From: Candidatus Krumholzibacteriia bacterium
Lineage (GTDB): Bacteria > Krumholzibacteriota > Krumholzibacteriia > JAJRXK01
DNA: 64,000 nt
Direction of reading: 5' to 3'
Assembly: GCA_041484665.1 (NCBI GenBank)
Contig: JBGPIA010000001.1
Location: 480,001 to 544,000, forward strand
Below the pieces are notes generated by a model that made no database searches, had not been told where the DNA came from, and was given only the letters and a program-made list of their open reading frames with translations. A program made the translations under genes and the position numbers. Shown here one piece after another: positions 47,611 through 56,974 of this stretch. Positions within the stretch are counted from its first letter, which is position 1. Every line of letters starts with the position of its first letter.

Positions 47611-50057
47611 CCTGGCAGCTGTGGCTGGTCCGTAGCATCGAGCTGTTAGTCGTCACCTACACGGTCACCTACGCGCTGGCGAACATCGTCCTGATGGTCG
47701 TGGGCTTCAATCCGGTGCGCGAACAGGTGCGCGGCATCGCCTTCGAAGACCTGGACATGCTGGACGGCAACGGCAACGTGCCGTCGGTCGCCGTGCTCGT
47801 GCCCGCCTACAACGAATCGCTGATGATCGTCGAGGCCGTGCGGGCTCTGACCGAGCTCGACTATCCCCAGATCGAAATCATCATCGCCAACGACGGCTCG
47901 ACCGACGACACGCTGCAGCGCCTGCGCGAGGCCTTCGCGATGCGGCGGCGCGACGTGTCGATGCGCAGCGAGCTCCAGACAGCACAGGTGCGGGGCGTGT
48001 ACGAGGCCACCTACCCGTTCCCGAAGACCGTGCTGCGCCTGCTGGTCGTGGACAAGGAGAACGGCGGCCGCGCGGATGCGCTGAACGCCGCGCTCGACGC
48101 CGCCGTATCGCCCTACTTCATCACCGTGGACGCCGATTCGATCCTCGACGCGCAGGCCCTCAAGCAGGTGATGCGCATCTTCCAGGACCGGCCCGACGTC
48201 CTGGCCGCGGGCGGGCAGGTCGGCATCGTCAACGACTGCACCGTGGAGCGGGGCCGGATCGTGCGCAAGGCGCTGACGCACCGCTACGTGCCCCTTTGCC
48301 AGACGCTGGAATACCTGCGCTCGTTCACCACCATGCGCACCGGATGGACCCGGCTGGACAGCCTGGTGATCCTCAGCGGCGCGTTCCTGGTCATGTCGCG
48401 GGCTGCGGCGATCCGCGTCGGCGGATTCCTCACCGGCCGCGTGCGCTACCGTCTGCTTGACGAGTACGTCGGCCCCGAGGGGGCCACCATTTGCGAGGAC
48501 ATGGAGATGATCGTGCGACTGCACCGCTACGAGCGGGAGCACGGCCGCAAAGCCCGCATCGTCCACACGCCCGTGCCCGTATGCTGGACGGAGGTGCCCG
48601 CCACCCTGTCCAGCCTGGCCAAGCAGCGGCGCCGTTGGCATCGCGGCCTCATCGAGATCCTGCTGCACCACCGCCGCATGGTGCTCAACCCCTGTTACGG
48701 CTCCGTCGGGCTGTTCGCGCTGCCCTACTTCGTCCTCTTCGAGCTGGCCGGCCCTTACGTCGAGGCGGCCGGCTACGTGCTACTGCCCCTGTTTGCGCTG
48801 TGGGGCATCCTCGACCCGCTGCGCTGCATCCTGATCACCGCCGTCGCGCTGGCGTTCGGCGTGCTGCAATCGATGGTGGCGGTGTTGTGCGCCACGTGGC
48901 TCGAGCCGGTCAGCCCGGCCGGCACCCAGGTGCGGTCGCTCACCGGGATGGACCGCTGGCGCGACCGGCTGCTGTTGTTGGCAGCGTGCTTCCTGGGCGA
49001 GCTGGGCTTCCGCCAGCTCACTGTCTGGTGGCGGCTGCGCGGCACGTGGGACTTCCTGCGCGGCCGCACCGACTGGGACAAGTTCGAGCGGGCCGGCTTC
49101 CGCCAGGCGGCAGGAGCGGCGGGGGCAGCGTTGTTGGCCGCGTGGGTGCTGGCAGCGCCGCACCCAACGCGTGCGCAGCAGGCAAGCCCGGTGGTGCTGG
49201 TCGGGGCGAACGTCGCGACACCCGCAAAGGCCGGCGCGCCGATACCCGCAAAGGCCGGCGCGGCAATAACTGCGCAAGCCAGCGCAGCGGCGCGTACGGA
49301 GACCACCCCCGCGGCAGCCGGCGCCGAGCAGCCGCGCCGCCCGGACCACGCGCTCCAGGAGCGCGAGGTCACCGTCAACGGCGGCAGTGAGCATCGGATC
49401 AGTCTGGGCACCGGATGGTGGATGGAGGCCACCTCACGTTGGAAGTGGGACGACGGGCAGGTGCGTTGGGTGGGCCTCTCACGAATCGAGCGCCGAGGCC
49501 TCGCCGATGAGGGCCTGCTGGCCGGGATCGCGCTGAAGCCGTGGAAGCGCGCCGGATTCGCCGTCGAGCTGCGCGCCGCGCCGGGCGCAGAGGTCTCGCC
49601 GCGCTGGTTCCTGTCGGCGGAGGCGGAGGCCGCCTTCCACGAGCGCATCAGCAGCACGACGATCGCGCGCCTCTCCGCCTACCGCGACGTGACGGTGCTC
49701 GATCTGGCCACCGGTACGGTGCTCTACCTGCGCAAGGAGCGATGGCTCGCAACGCGTGCGCACCTGTTCAGTACATGGTTCGACAGCGGCGCACGCGCTG
49801 CGCTCTTGGGCGTGTCGGGCGTCTTCTCCACGCCGCTGGGCGCGAGCGAGCTGCGCCTGCAGGCGAGCTACGGCGGGGAAAGCTACCTCGCGGGCTACCA
49901 GGCGGAGGTGCGGGAGCTGCGCGCCTGGTCGCTGGGCGGGTCGCTGCGACGGCCGGTCGGCGACCGCTGGACGCTGGAGCTCGGAGCGGCCTACCGCCGG
50001 CCCGAGCTGGGCGCGCGGGAGATCGACGTGAGCGGTGGCGTGCGATGCCGCTGGTAA
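47607..50057 (+). CDS. Processive GT2 glycosyltransferase (PgaC/IcaA-like) fused to a YaiO-like outer-membrane beta-barrel
   Basis: VPAYNE, NDGSTD, DKENGG, VDAD, CEDME, QRRRW, TM helices, end motif WDKFERAGF; then a hydrophobic segment, an Ala/Pro linker and ~235 aa of amphipathic beta strands ending in W. Confidence 0.88.
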   Translation: MTWQLWLVRSIELLVVTYTVTYALANIVLMVVGFNPVREQVRGIAFEDLDMLDGNGNVPSVAVLVPAYNESLMIVEAVRALTELDYPQIEIIIANDGSTDDTLQRLREAFAMRRRDVSMRSELQTAQVRGVYEATYPFPKTVLRLLVVDKENGGRADALNAALDAAVSPYFITVDADSILDAQALKQVMRIFQDRPDVLAAGGQVGIVNDCTVERGRIVRKALTHRYVPLCQTLEYLRSFTTMRTGWTRLDSLVILSGAFLVMSRAAAIRVGGFLTGRVRYRLLDEYVGPEGATICEDMEMIVRLHRYEREHGRKARIVHTPVPVCWTEVPATLSSLAKQRRRWHRGLIEILLHHRRMVLNPCYGSVGLFALPYFVLFELAGPYVEAAGYVLLPLFALWGILDPLRCILITAVALAFGVLQSMVAVLCATWLEPVSPAGTQVRSLTGMDRWRDRLLLLAACFLGELGFRQLTVWWRLRGTWDFLRGRTDWDKFERAGFRQAAGAAGAALLAAWVLAAPHPTRAQQASPVVLVGANVATPAKAGAPIPAKAGAAITAQASAAARTETTPAAAGAEQPRRPDHALQEREVTVNGGSEHRISLGTGWWMEATSRWKWDDGQVRWVGLSRIERRGLADEGLLAGIALKPWKRAGFAVELRAAPGAEVSPRWFLSAEAEAAFHERISSTTIARLSAYRDVTVLDLATGTVLYLRKERWLATRAHLFSTWFDSGARAALLGVSGVFSTPLGASELRLQASYGGESYLAGYQAEVRELRAWSLGGSLRRPVGDRWTLELGAAYRRPELGAREIDVSGGVRCRW

Positions 50058-50088
50058 TCGCGCACCCCAAGCGACGCGGCGCGCCGGA

Positions 50089-50442
50089 CTAGGCCTTGGC
50101 CTGTCCCACGAAGCTGCGCAGCGCCGCGTCCACGTCGTCGTACTCCTCGAACAGGTCGAGGATCCGGGTGACGTAGGCCACCTTGCGATTGCGCTCGCTG
50201 AGGCCGGCCAGCTTGAGCAGGGCCCCTTCGCGGCTGCAGGTGCTGTAGGCGCTCACCAGCGTGCCGAGGCCGATGCTGGCGATCAGCGGTACGCCACTCA
50301 GGTCGAAGACGAAGTGCCGCTCCCCCGTGCCGAGCCACTGGCGGAGGTCCGTGCGCAAGCGCTCGTTGGAAGGATCGCCCGTCCAGTTGCCCGTGACGCG
50401 CACGATCCGCACCCCGCCCGATTGGTCGCTCGTATAGATCAT
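50089..50442 (-). CDS. STAS-domain anti-sigma factor antagonist
   Basis: AAGGA RBS; VRVTG, FVFDLSGVPLIASIGLGTLV, LKLAGL, TRILDLFE...AL.SF. Confidence 0.92.
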   Translation of the reverse strand: MIYTSDQSGGVRIVRVTGNWTGDPSNERLRTDLRQWLGTGERHFVFDLSGVPLIASIGLGTLVSAYSTCSREGALLKLAGLSERNRKVAYVTRILDLFEEYDDVDAALRSFVGQAKA

Positions 50443-50727
50443 GGCCGTCCTTTCGGGGATGGGCCCTCGGGTCTTTGGACTGGATTCTAGGGGAAAGCGG
50501 GGGGGGGGCGCCAGCGGGGCGGTGGGTCGGGGCGGCGGGTCCCGCCGGCCAAAGCGGTTCCGGCCAACCGGGGGTGCCGCGGTCGCCGGGCGGGAACCGG
50601 TTGCGCCGCGGAGGCTGCCCAACCCGGTCCGATCGAGGGCGCACACCGGGCACGGGGCGGATACGCCCCGGCGCCCGCAACCGGCTGCCGCTTTGAGGCG
50701 GCGGTGGCCGCGCGGTGACGCACCGGG

Positions 50728-51933
50728 TTATTCGTACCTTATGGCGTCGATCACGTCGATGTGAGCTGCCTTCAGCGCCGGGTACAGCCCCGCCACGATC
50801 CCCACGCCGGCGCAGATCAGGAAGCTGTATCCCACCCATTGGTAGGGGAAGGCCGCGAGCTGGGGAAGCGTGAAGCGCCCGGCCAGCGCCCCGCCGGCGA
50901 CGCCGATCACCCCACCCAGGATCCCCAGCACCGCCGACTCGATGAGGAACTGCCGCAGGATGTCGCCGCGCTTGGCGCCGATGGCGCGGCGCACGCCGAT
51001 CTCCCGGGTGCGCTCCACGATCGTCACCAGCATGACGTTGGCGATGCCAATGCCCCCTACCACCAGCGACACGAATGCGATGAACAGGATCAGGCGGGCG
51101 ACCTCCTGGTTGGTGTCGCGCATCGCAGCCAGGAACGTGTCTTGCTTGCGGATCCCGAAATCGTTGGGCTGATCGTCGCGCAGGCGGTGATTGGAGCGCA
51201 GCGTGCTCTCGATGTCGAAGAAGGCCTCCTGGATCGCGCCTGGGTTCTTCACCTGCGCCCAGAGCATCGACACGTAGTCGGCGCCGAACAGGCGCTGCTG
51301 CGCCGTGGCCAGCGGCACGAACACCTGCTCGTCGGGATTGCGGAAACCGCTGCCCTTCGGCGGCAACGTGCCGACCACCGTGAAGCGCAGGTCCTTGATC
51401 GTGATCGTGCTGCCCACGGCGCCGCCGTTGGGGAACAGCTCCTTCACGACGTCGGAGCCGAGCACGGCAAGGCGCTGGCCACGCATCGCCTCCTCCTCGG
51501 TGAACCAGCGTCCCTCGGCCGTGATGTACTTGTTGACCTGCTCGTAATCGGGCAGCGTGCCGGTGATGCGCGTATTCTGGTTGAGATCCTGGAACTGGAC
51601 CTGCGCGTTGCCGGAGTACTCGGGTACGACCGCCGCGATGACCTTGCTGCGCGCCAGGATGTCGCGCCCATCTTTTTCGGTGAGGTTCTGCCAGCTCACC
51701 CCCGCGCTGACTCCGCCGTGCATGTGCGCGCCGCCGGGGAAGACCAGCAGGACGTTGGCGCCCAGCGACTCCAGCTGTGCACGGATGCGGGCCTGGGCCA
51801 CATCGCCGAGCATGACCACGTAGAGCACCGCGGTGATGCCCACGGCGATGCCCAGCAGCGTCAGCACGCTGCGCAGGACGTTGTGTCGCAGACTGTCGAC
51901 GGCGACGGGTAGGTCGCGCCAGAACGTCCTCAT
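50728..51933 (-). CDS. MacB/FtsX-type ABC permease (no fused ATPase)
   Basis: RSVLTLLGIAVGI, SLVVGGIGIANVMLVTIVERTREIGVRRAIGA, QFLIES, GLYPA. Confidence 0.94.
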   Translation of the reverse strand: MRTFWRDLPVAVDSLRHNVLRSVLTLLGIAVGITAVLYVVMLGDVAQARIRAQLESLGANVLLVFPGGAHMHGGVSAGVSWQNLTEKDGRDILARSKVIAAVVPEYSGNAQVQFQDLNQNTRITGTLPDYEQVNKYITAEGRWFTEEEAMRGQRLAVLGSDVVKELFPNGGAVGSTITIKDLRFTVVGTLPPKGSGFRNPDEQVFVPLATAQQRLFGADYVSMLWAQVKNPGAIQEAFFDIESTLRSNHRLRDDQPNDFGIRKQDTFLAAMRDTNQEVARLILFIAFVSLVVGGIGIANVMLVTIVERTREIGVRRAIGAKRGDILRQFLIESAVLGILGGVIGVAGGALAGRFTLPQLAAFPYQWVGYSFLICAGVGIVAGLYPALKAAHIDVIDAIRYE

Positions 51934-53141
51934 CGCGGTCCGCCCCCGGGCGGGCGCGCGCCCCCGCTGCTGCCGCTTCCGGTGACGTTGAACGGGCGGT
52001 TCTGCCGCATGCGGTCTTGCATCTGTTGCTGATCCGCGAACGCGCGGCTGGCCAGCGCCACCTTGAGCTGGTCGCCCTCCTTGATCCCGTCCAGCACCTC
52101 GACGTCGGAGCCACTGTGGATGCCGACTTTGATCGCGCGCTCCTCGAAGCCCGCGGGGGTCTTCACCAGCACCGTGCGCTCTTCGGTTGGGCCGCGCGTG
52201 CCGGGCGGCAGCGCCTGCAGCGCCTCGGCGGGCGCCAGTAGCGCCTCGTCCTTGCGCAGGAGTTGGACCGTGACATTGCAGTTCATCCCGCTGCTCAGGA
52301 TCCCCTCGGGGTTCTCCACCTCGATCAGGGCGTCGAACTGCGTCACGTTCTGCACGACCTTCGCCTCGGGCGCGATACGCACCACCATGCCGGTGAACTG
52401 GCGCTGTGGATAGGCGTCGGCCAGGATATCGGCCTTCATGCCCACGCGGATGCGGCCGATGTCGATCTCGTTCACGGCCGCGGTCACCTGCACGCGGGAC
52501 ATGTCGGCGATGGCCGCGATGAGGGTGCCCCCGCTGACCGAGCTGGTGGCGGAGCTGATGATCTGCCCCTTCTCCACCGCCTTCTGCAGCACGATCCCGC
52601 CCTGGGGAGCGCGCACGGTGGTGTCATCGAAGCGCTCTTGCGTGCGCTCGGCCTCGGTCTGCGCCCGCAGCAGGCTGGCGCGGGCGCGGGCCGTGGCCAA
52701 CGCCGAGTTGTCCAGGTCCACCTCGCTCACGATCTTCTTGTCGAACAGCTCGCGCTGGCGCTGCTCCTCGCGTTCGGTCTGGCGCAGCTCGATCTGGGCG
52801 ATCTCGAGGTCGGCCTTGGCCCGCGCCAGGTCGGCGCGGGCATCGGTGGCGTCCAGCCGCGCGATCAGCTCACCGCGACTGATGTGCTGTCCCTCGACGA
52901 TGGGCAGCTCCAGCACCTCGCCGGAGGCCTTGCTCTTGATCTCGACGCGGTTGACGGGCTCCACCACACCGGTCGCGTTGACGGACAGCTCGAGCGGGCC
53001 GCGCCGCACCGTTACCAGCCGGTACGAGTCGTCACCACCGGAGTTGTCATCCCCCTTGGCTCCCGTATCCTGCGCCCGCCAGACGCCGATGCCTCCGCCC
53101 ACCACCACCAGCGCTCCGGCCAGGATCCACCATCGTTTCAT
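51930..53141 (-). CDS. MacA/HlyD-family periplasmic adaptor subunit
   Basis: N-terminal TM helix; VNATGVVEP..RVEIKSKASG, coiled-coil hairpin, VRAPQGG, VNEIDIGRI..G, DAYP, SGM. Confidence 0.94.
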   Translation of the reverse strand: MKRWWILAGALVVVGGGIGVWRAQDTGAKGDDNSGGDDSYRLVTVRRGPLELSVNATGVVEPVNRVEIKSKASGEVLELPIVEGQHISRGELIARLDATDARADLARAKADLEIAQIELRQTEREEQRQRELFDKKIVSEVDLDNSALATARARASLLRAQTEAERTQERFDDTTVRAPQGGIVLQKAVEKGQIISSATSSVSGGTLIAAIADMSRVQVTAAVNEIDIGRIRVGMKADILADAYPQRQFTGMVVRIAPEAKVVQNVTQFDALIEVENPEGILSSGMNCNVTVQLLRKDEALLAPAEALQALPPGTRGPTEERTVLVKTPAGFEERAIKVGIHSGSDVEVLDGIKEGDQLKVALASRAFADQQQMQDRMRQNRPFNVTGSGSSGGARPPGGGPR

Positions 53142-53287
53142 GTCGTCGTCCCCCGTGGCTCGAAGGTTCGGCGCCTGGACCCGAGCCGGCGCGCAGCCAA
53201 ATCAGGAGGGTGCAGGCTTTGGGTCAGGCCAGCGCGCGGCTGCGTCGTGCCTCCGCGCGCCCCGTATCAGCTTGCGCACGGCCCGTG

Positions 53288-54586
53288 TCAAACCGGCGCG
53301 CCGGGCTCCCAGCGCAGATCCAGCGGCCCGAACACCTTCGCCGGAAAGACGCACGGAACCACTCCCAGCAGGAACTGCCGGCGCTTGTATTCATGATGGT
53401 TGCGGTAGTCGCGGCTGTGCACCGTGGCCAGGAAGCTCTCCATGGTGAAGATTTGCAGCTCGACCCCGAACAGATATGGCTGCGCTCCCTCCCCGTTGTC
53501 ACCCGGATAAAGGATGTCCACGTCCTCCTTGAAGACGTGGAAACCTTCGGCGCTGAACCGGTTGAGCTGGGAGCGGTCCTGGGGATGGCGGAACGTGTCC
53601 ACCTGGTTGCGGAAGGAAAATGGTCCGCCCAGGACCTGGTGGAGGAGGTCGGCCAGCCGGTAGACCTCCGGCTCGCTGCGCACGATGAACTTCGCGCCAA
53701 GGATGTCGGTGATATCCACGGGATTGTTGATCCCCTTGCGCAGCATCTTGGACAGGATCGAAGCGGAGCGGTGGCGCTCCATCCCCGGGTAGCGCTGCCG
53801 CTCGTCCACTTCGTAGTCGTGGCGCCCGGTGTCGTAGTCGTACCCGGCGCTCTCCTTCTTGAAACGCGTATCGAAGTGGTAGATCTCCAGATCGTAGGTG
53901 CCGCCGGGCAGATCGCGCACGATGCGCTGCACGTGGAAGTGCCAGCACTCGACGCCGTTGCGCAGCGCGCGGACGTCTTCCACCAGGCGCAGATCTCCGC
54001 CGGAGAGGTCGTAGCAGAGCTCGTTGTCGTGCTGCTCGACGACGTGGCGCCATAGCTCGCGGTCCAGCAGCTCCAGCAGGTAGCGCCGGTGCCGCGGGCC
54101 GTCCTGGATGACGCGCGTGTGGTCGATCTGGATGAGCAGCTTGGCCAGGTAGAGCTTGCGCTGCACCTCGAAAACGCGGCGGTGGTCGCGGGTGGCGAAC
54201 AGCATCTCCACCAGGCGGCGCAGGTCGTTGGACGCCTCGACCTCCGGATCGGGCCGGCAGTGGTCGCGGTATTCGGGCGGCAAGAGCGTCACCAGATCGC
54301 GCACGTAAGCGCTGGCGTCGTGGAGGTAGCTGGCCAGGATGCGCTCGTTGACCTCCGGCGGATGCTCCCGTCCCAGCGGATGGAGCAGGCGGTTGAGCAT
54401 CTGCTGGTAACGCCAGCCGTGTCGGATGTACTCGCGGAATAGCCGGGCGTACGAGCGCAGGGCCGCGCGGTCGTTGCGTGGCAGGTCGGGGTCCAGGAAT
54501 GGGTGCGCGGAGTAGTCGGGTGCGGTTGCAGCGACCGGCTGCGGCGGCCGCACGGGTGCGGAAGCCGTCGTGATGCGGTCGGCCAT
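53288..54586 (-). CDS. Protein with a divergent RelA/SpoT-type nucleotidyltransferase domain
   Basis: RHRSASILSKMLRK, ITDILGAKFIV, NRFS..GF, VELQIFT, HHEYK, in the same order as the RelA/SpoT synthetase motifs; GGAGG RBS. Confidence 0.7.
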   Translation of the reverse strand: MADRITTASAPVRPPQPVAATAPDYSAHPFLDPDLPRNDRAALRSYARLFREYIRHGWRYQQMLNRLLHPLGREHPPEVNERILASYLHDASAYVRDLVTLLPPEYRDHCRPDPEVEASNDLRRLVEMLFATRDHRRVFEVQRKLYLAKLLIQIDHTRVIQDGPRHRRYLLELLDRELWRHVVEQHDNELCYDLSGGDLRLVEDVRALRNGVECWHFHVQRIVRDLPGGTYDLEIYHFDTRFKKESAGYDYDTGRHDYEVDERQRYPGMERHRSASILSKMLRKGINNPVDITDILGAKFIVRSEPEVYRLADLLHQVLGGPFSFRNQVDTFRHPQDRSQLNRFSAEGFHVFKEDVDILYPGDNGEGAQPYLFGVELQIFTMESFLATVHSRDYRNHHEYKRRQFLLGVVPCVFPAKVFGPLDLRWEPGAPV

Positions 54587-54643
54587 GCGCGTGCAGCCCT
54601 CCCGGGCGGGAACCGTCGGGACCTCTAGCGGATCAACACCCGT

Positions 54644-56974
54644 CTAGCGGGTCAACACCAGACGGCGGGAGCTGGTTCCGTCGGGGGTCACCAGTGCATA
54701 GAAATAGGCACCGCTGCCGACCGCAAGTCCATTCTGGTCGCGGCCGTCCCAGTGGGCCTGATGCTCGCCAGCCGGGAGCTCTCCGTCCACGAGCACCCGC
54801 ACCAGTCGGCCCTGCGGGTCGTAGAGCGAAAGCCGCACCCGGGCTGGGTGGGGGAGGTCGAAGAGAATGGTGGTGCTGGGGTTGAACGGATTGGGGAAGT
54901 TCTGGCCCAGCGCCGGCCGCTGCCGGGGAGCCGGCCCGCCGCCCGCGACGGCATAGACCGTGGCGCTGGCCAGGGCGTCGCCGCCCTGGACTGGCACGAG
55001 CAGCTGGTAGGCGTAGGTGCGACCGGGCTGGACGGCGCGGTCGAGCGCGCTGCCACTGCCGCCGCGATCGTCGATGGGCAGCGCCAGCGGCACCAGGCGC
55101 GCAACATCGCCCACGGCCTGCACCACGGCGCGCTGGACCCGGACCGCCGAGGCAGCGAGGTCGCCGGACACGCGCCACTCCAGCCGGATGCCGTCCGATT
55201 GCGGCTGTGCCGTGAAGCTCTCCAGGGCAACCGGAAGGGGCAGTGCGCTGCCCCGGCCCTCGATCAGCCGGTAGAAGTGATCCGCCGACACGCCCGAGAA
55301 CACCTCTTCCGCCCCGCACGGCCAGCGCACTCGCACCTCCGTGATCGCGGTCACCTGACCCAGCCCGAACTCCACATCCAGGCTGTTCTGGCTGAGGTAG
55401 CTGCTGCCGGCCTCGATCTCGCGCATCTGCGTCGTGCCGCCGGCCGTGAGGTAGACGCGCGCACCGATCGCGCAGCGGTTGCAGCCCAGGCCCGGCTGGT
55501 GCTCGCCGCCGCCGATGAGCTTGAATTCAGCCCAGTGGTTGCCGCTGTCTTGATCGTTGCGGTAGAGCTGGCAATGCCCTTCGTAGAGCGCGGCCCACGG
55601 AGCGACGAGCGGATCGAAGAAGCTGTTGTTCGTGACAGCCACGTCGAGATCGCCGTCGCGGTCGAAGTCGGCGGTGGCGAGTCCTCGCCCCATGTTGGTG
55701 TCGGCAAACGCGGCCGCGAGGCTCACGTCGGTGAAGGTCCAGTCGGGCGCCCCGCTGTTCAGGTAGACCTTGTTGGGGATGCCGGTCGGCTGGTTGTTTG
55801 TATAACCGTTGACGAAGCCGCTGGCGAAGATCAGGTCGAGGTCACCGTCGTTGTCGAGGTCGCAGAAGTCCGCCCCCCAGCAGTTGAGCCCCCACTTGAC
55901 GCCCTTCTCCACGGCGCGATTGGTGAACCGCCACCCGCCGCCGACCTGGGGGCCCTGGTTCTCGTAGAAAGCGTTGCCGTTGTAGATCGTGGTGTAGATG
56001 TCGAGGTAACCGTCGTTGTTGTAATCGCCGACCGCCACGCCCATGTCCATGCTGTACGGGTCGGCGCTGGAGGCACCGCCGGCGACCTTGTACGTTCTGG
56101 CCACCTCCACGAACGTGAACCCCGCAGCCCGCCCCTGGTTCTCGAAGAGATAGTTGGGCCCGAAGTCGTTGGTGACGTAGATGTCCAAGTCGCCGTCGTT
56201 GTCGAAGTCGAGGAATACGGGCTGGAACCCGAATTCCTGGTGGCCGACGGGCAGGTCGCCCGTGCGCTCGAAGAAGTCGCCCGAGAGGTTATGGAACAGC
56301 TGGTCGGGTTGGTCGAGGTAGTTCGCGACGTAGAGGTCGACGTAGCCGTCCTGGTCGTAGTCGCCGAACGCCACGCCCATCGACTCCGGCTGGATCGGCT
56401 GGCCGGCCGGCAGCAGCGGGTCCAGCCCGAAGTGCACCGATTGCTCCGACAAGACGTTGCCTCCGCCAACGAAGAACTGGGGTTCGGCGAAGAAGTTCGC
56501 GATGGCGAGGTCGAGCGTCCCGTCGTTGTTCACGTCAGCCAGCGCCAGCCCGTCGGCGACGCGACTGGTGGCCACGCCCCAGGCCTGCGAGACGTCGGTG
56601 AACGTCCCATCGCCGTTGTTGAGCATCAGGTAGTTGTGCGCCGGCGTGCCCGCCCGATTCTTGATGCTCCCGTTGACGACGATCATGTCCGGCCAGCCAT
56701 CGTCGTTGACATCGGCCCAGGCCACGCCGGGCCCGAAGGCGTCCGGCCATTCCTGCGGGTCGCAGGGGTCGGGGGAGCAGGGCAGGAGGAATCCGCGGGA
56801 GTCATGGGTCAGCGTCATGGGCTGGCCCTGGCCGTCCTTCAAGGCGCTAGCGGAGATCTCACTGAAATGGAGCGATGCCGCAGCCGGTGGCGACGCCAGA
56901 AGAAAGCAGACCACCACGCTGAGCACGGGCGCCACTCGAGCGGCGCGCGGGGCGAGCAACTTCAGCATGTGCAC
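54644..56974 (-). CDS. CRTAC1-like FG-GAP repeat protein with ASPIC/UnbV and FlgD-Ig domains
   Basis: Signal peptide; repeated D.NNDG..D; AIGARV...QMREIEAGSSYLSQNS..VEFGLG...VRWP; QNFPNPFNPST tail. Confidence 0.94.
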   Translation of the reverse strand: MHMLKLLAPRAARVAPVLSVVVCFLLASPPAAASLHFSEISASALKDGQGQPMTLTHDSRGFLLPCSPDPCDPQEWPDAFGPGVAWADVNDDGWPDMIVVNGSIKNRAGTPAHNYLMLNNGDGTFTDVSQAWGVATSRVADGLALADVNNDGTLDLAIANFFAEPQFFVGGGNVLSEQSVHFGLDPLLPAGQPIQPESMGVAFGDYDQDGYVDLYVANYLDQPDQLFHNLSGDFFERTGDLPVGHQEFGFQPVFLDFDNDGDLDIYVTNDFGPNYLFENQGRAAGFTFVEVARTYKVAGGASSADPYSMDMGVAVGDYNNDGYLDIYTTIYNGNAFYENQGPQVGGGWRFTNRAVEKGVKWGLNCWGADFCDLDNDGDLDLIFASGFVNGYTNNQPTGIPNKVYLNSGAPDWTFTDVSLAAAFADTNMGRGLATADFDRDGDLDVAVTNNSFFDPLVAPWAALYEGHCQLYRNDQDSGNHWAEFKLIGGGEHQPGLGCNRCAIGARVYLTAGGTTQMREIEAGSSYLSQNSLDVEFGLGQVTAITEVRVRWPCGAEEVFSGVSADHFYRLIEGRGSALPLPVALESFTAQPQSDGIRLEWRVSGDLAASAVRVQRAVVQAVGDVARLVPLALPIDDRGGSGSALDRAVQPGRTYAYQLLVPVQGGDALASATVYAVAGGGPAPRQRPALGQNFPNPFNPSTTILFDLPHPARVRLSLYDPQGRLVRVLVDGELPAGEHQAHWDGRDQNGLAVGSGAYFYALVTPDGTSSRRLVLTR

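Noticed and set aside
50489..50498. Poly-G tract upstream of the STAS gene as a phase-variation switch
   Set aside because: A 10-G intergenic run in very GC-rich DNA, with no demonstrable -35/-10 spacing role; not supportable without read data.
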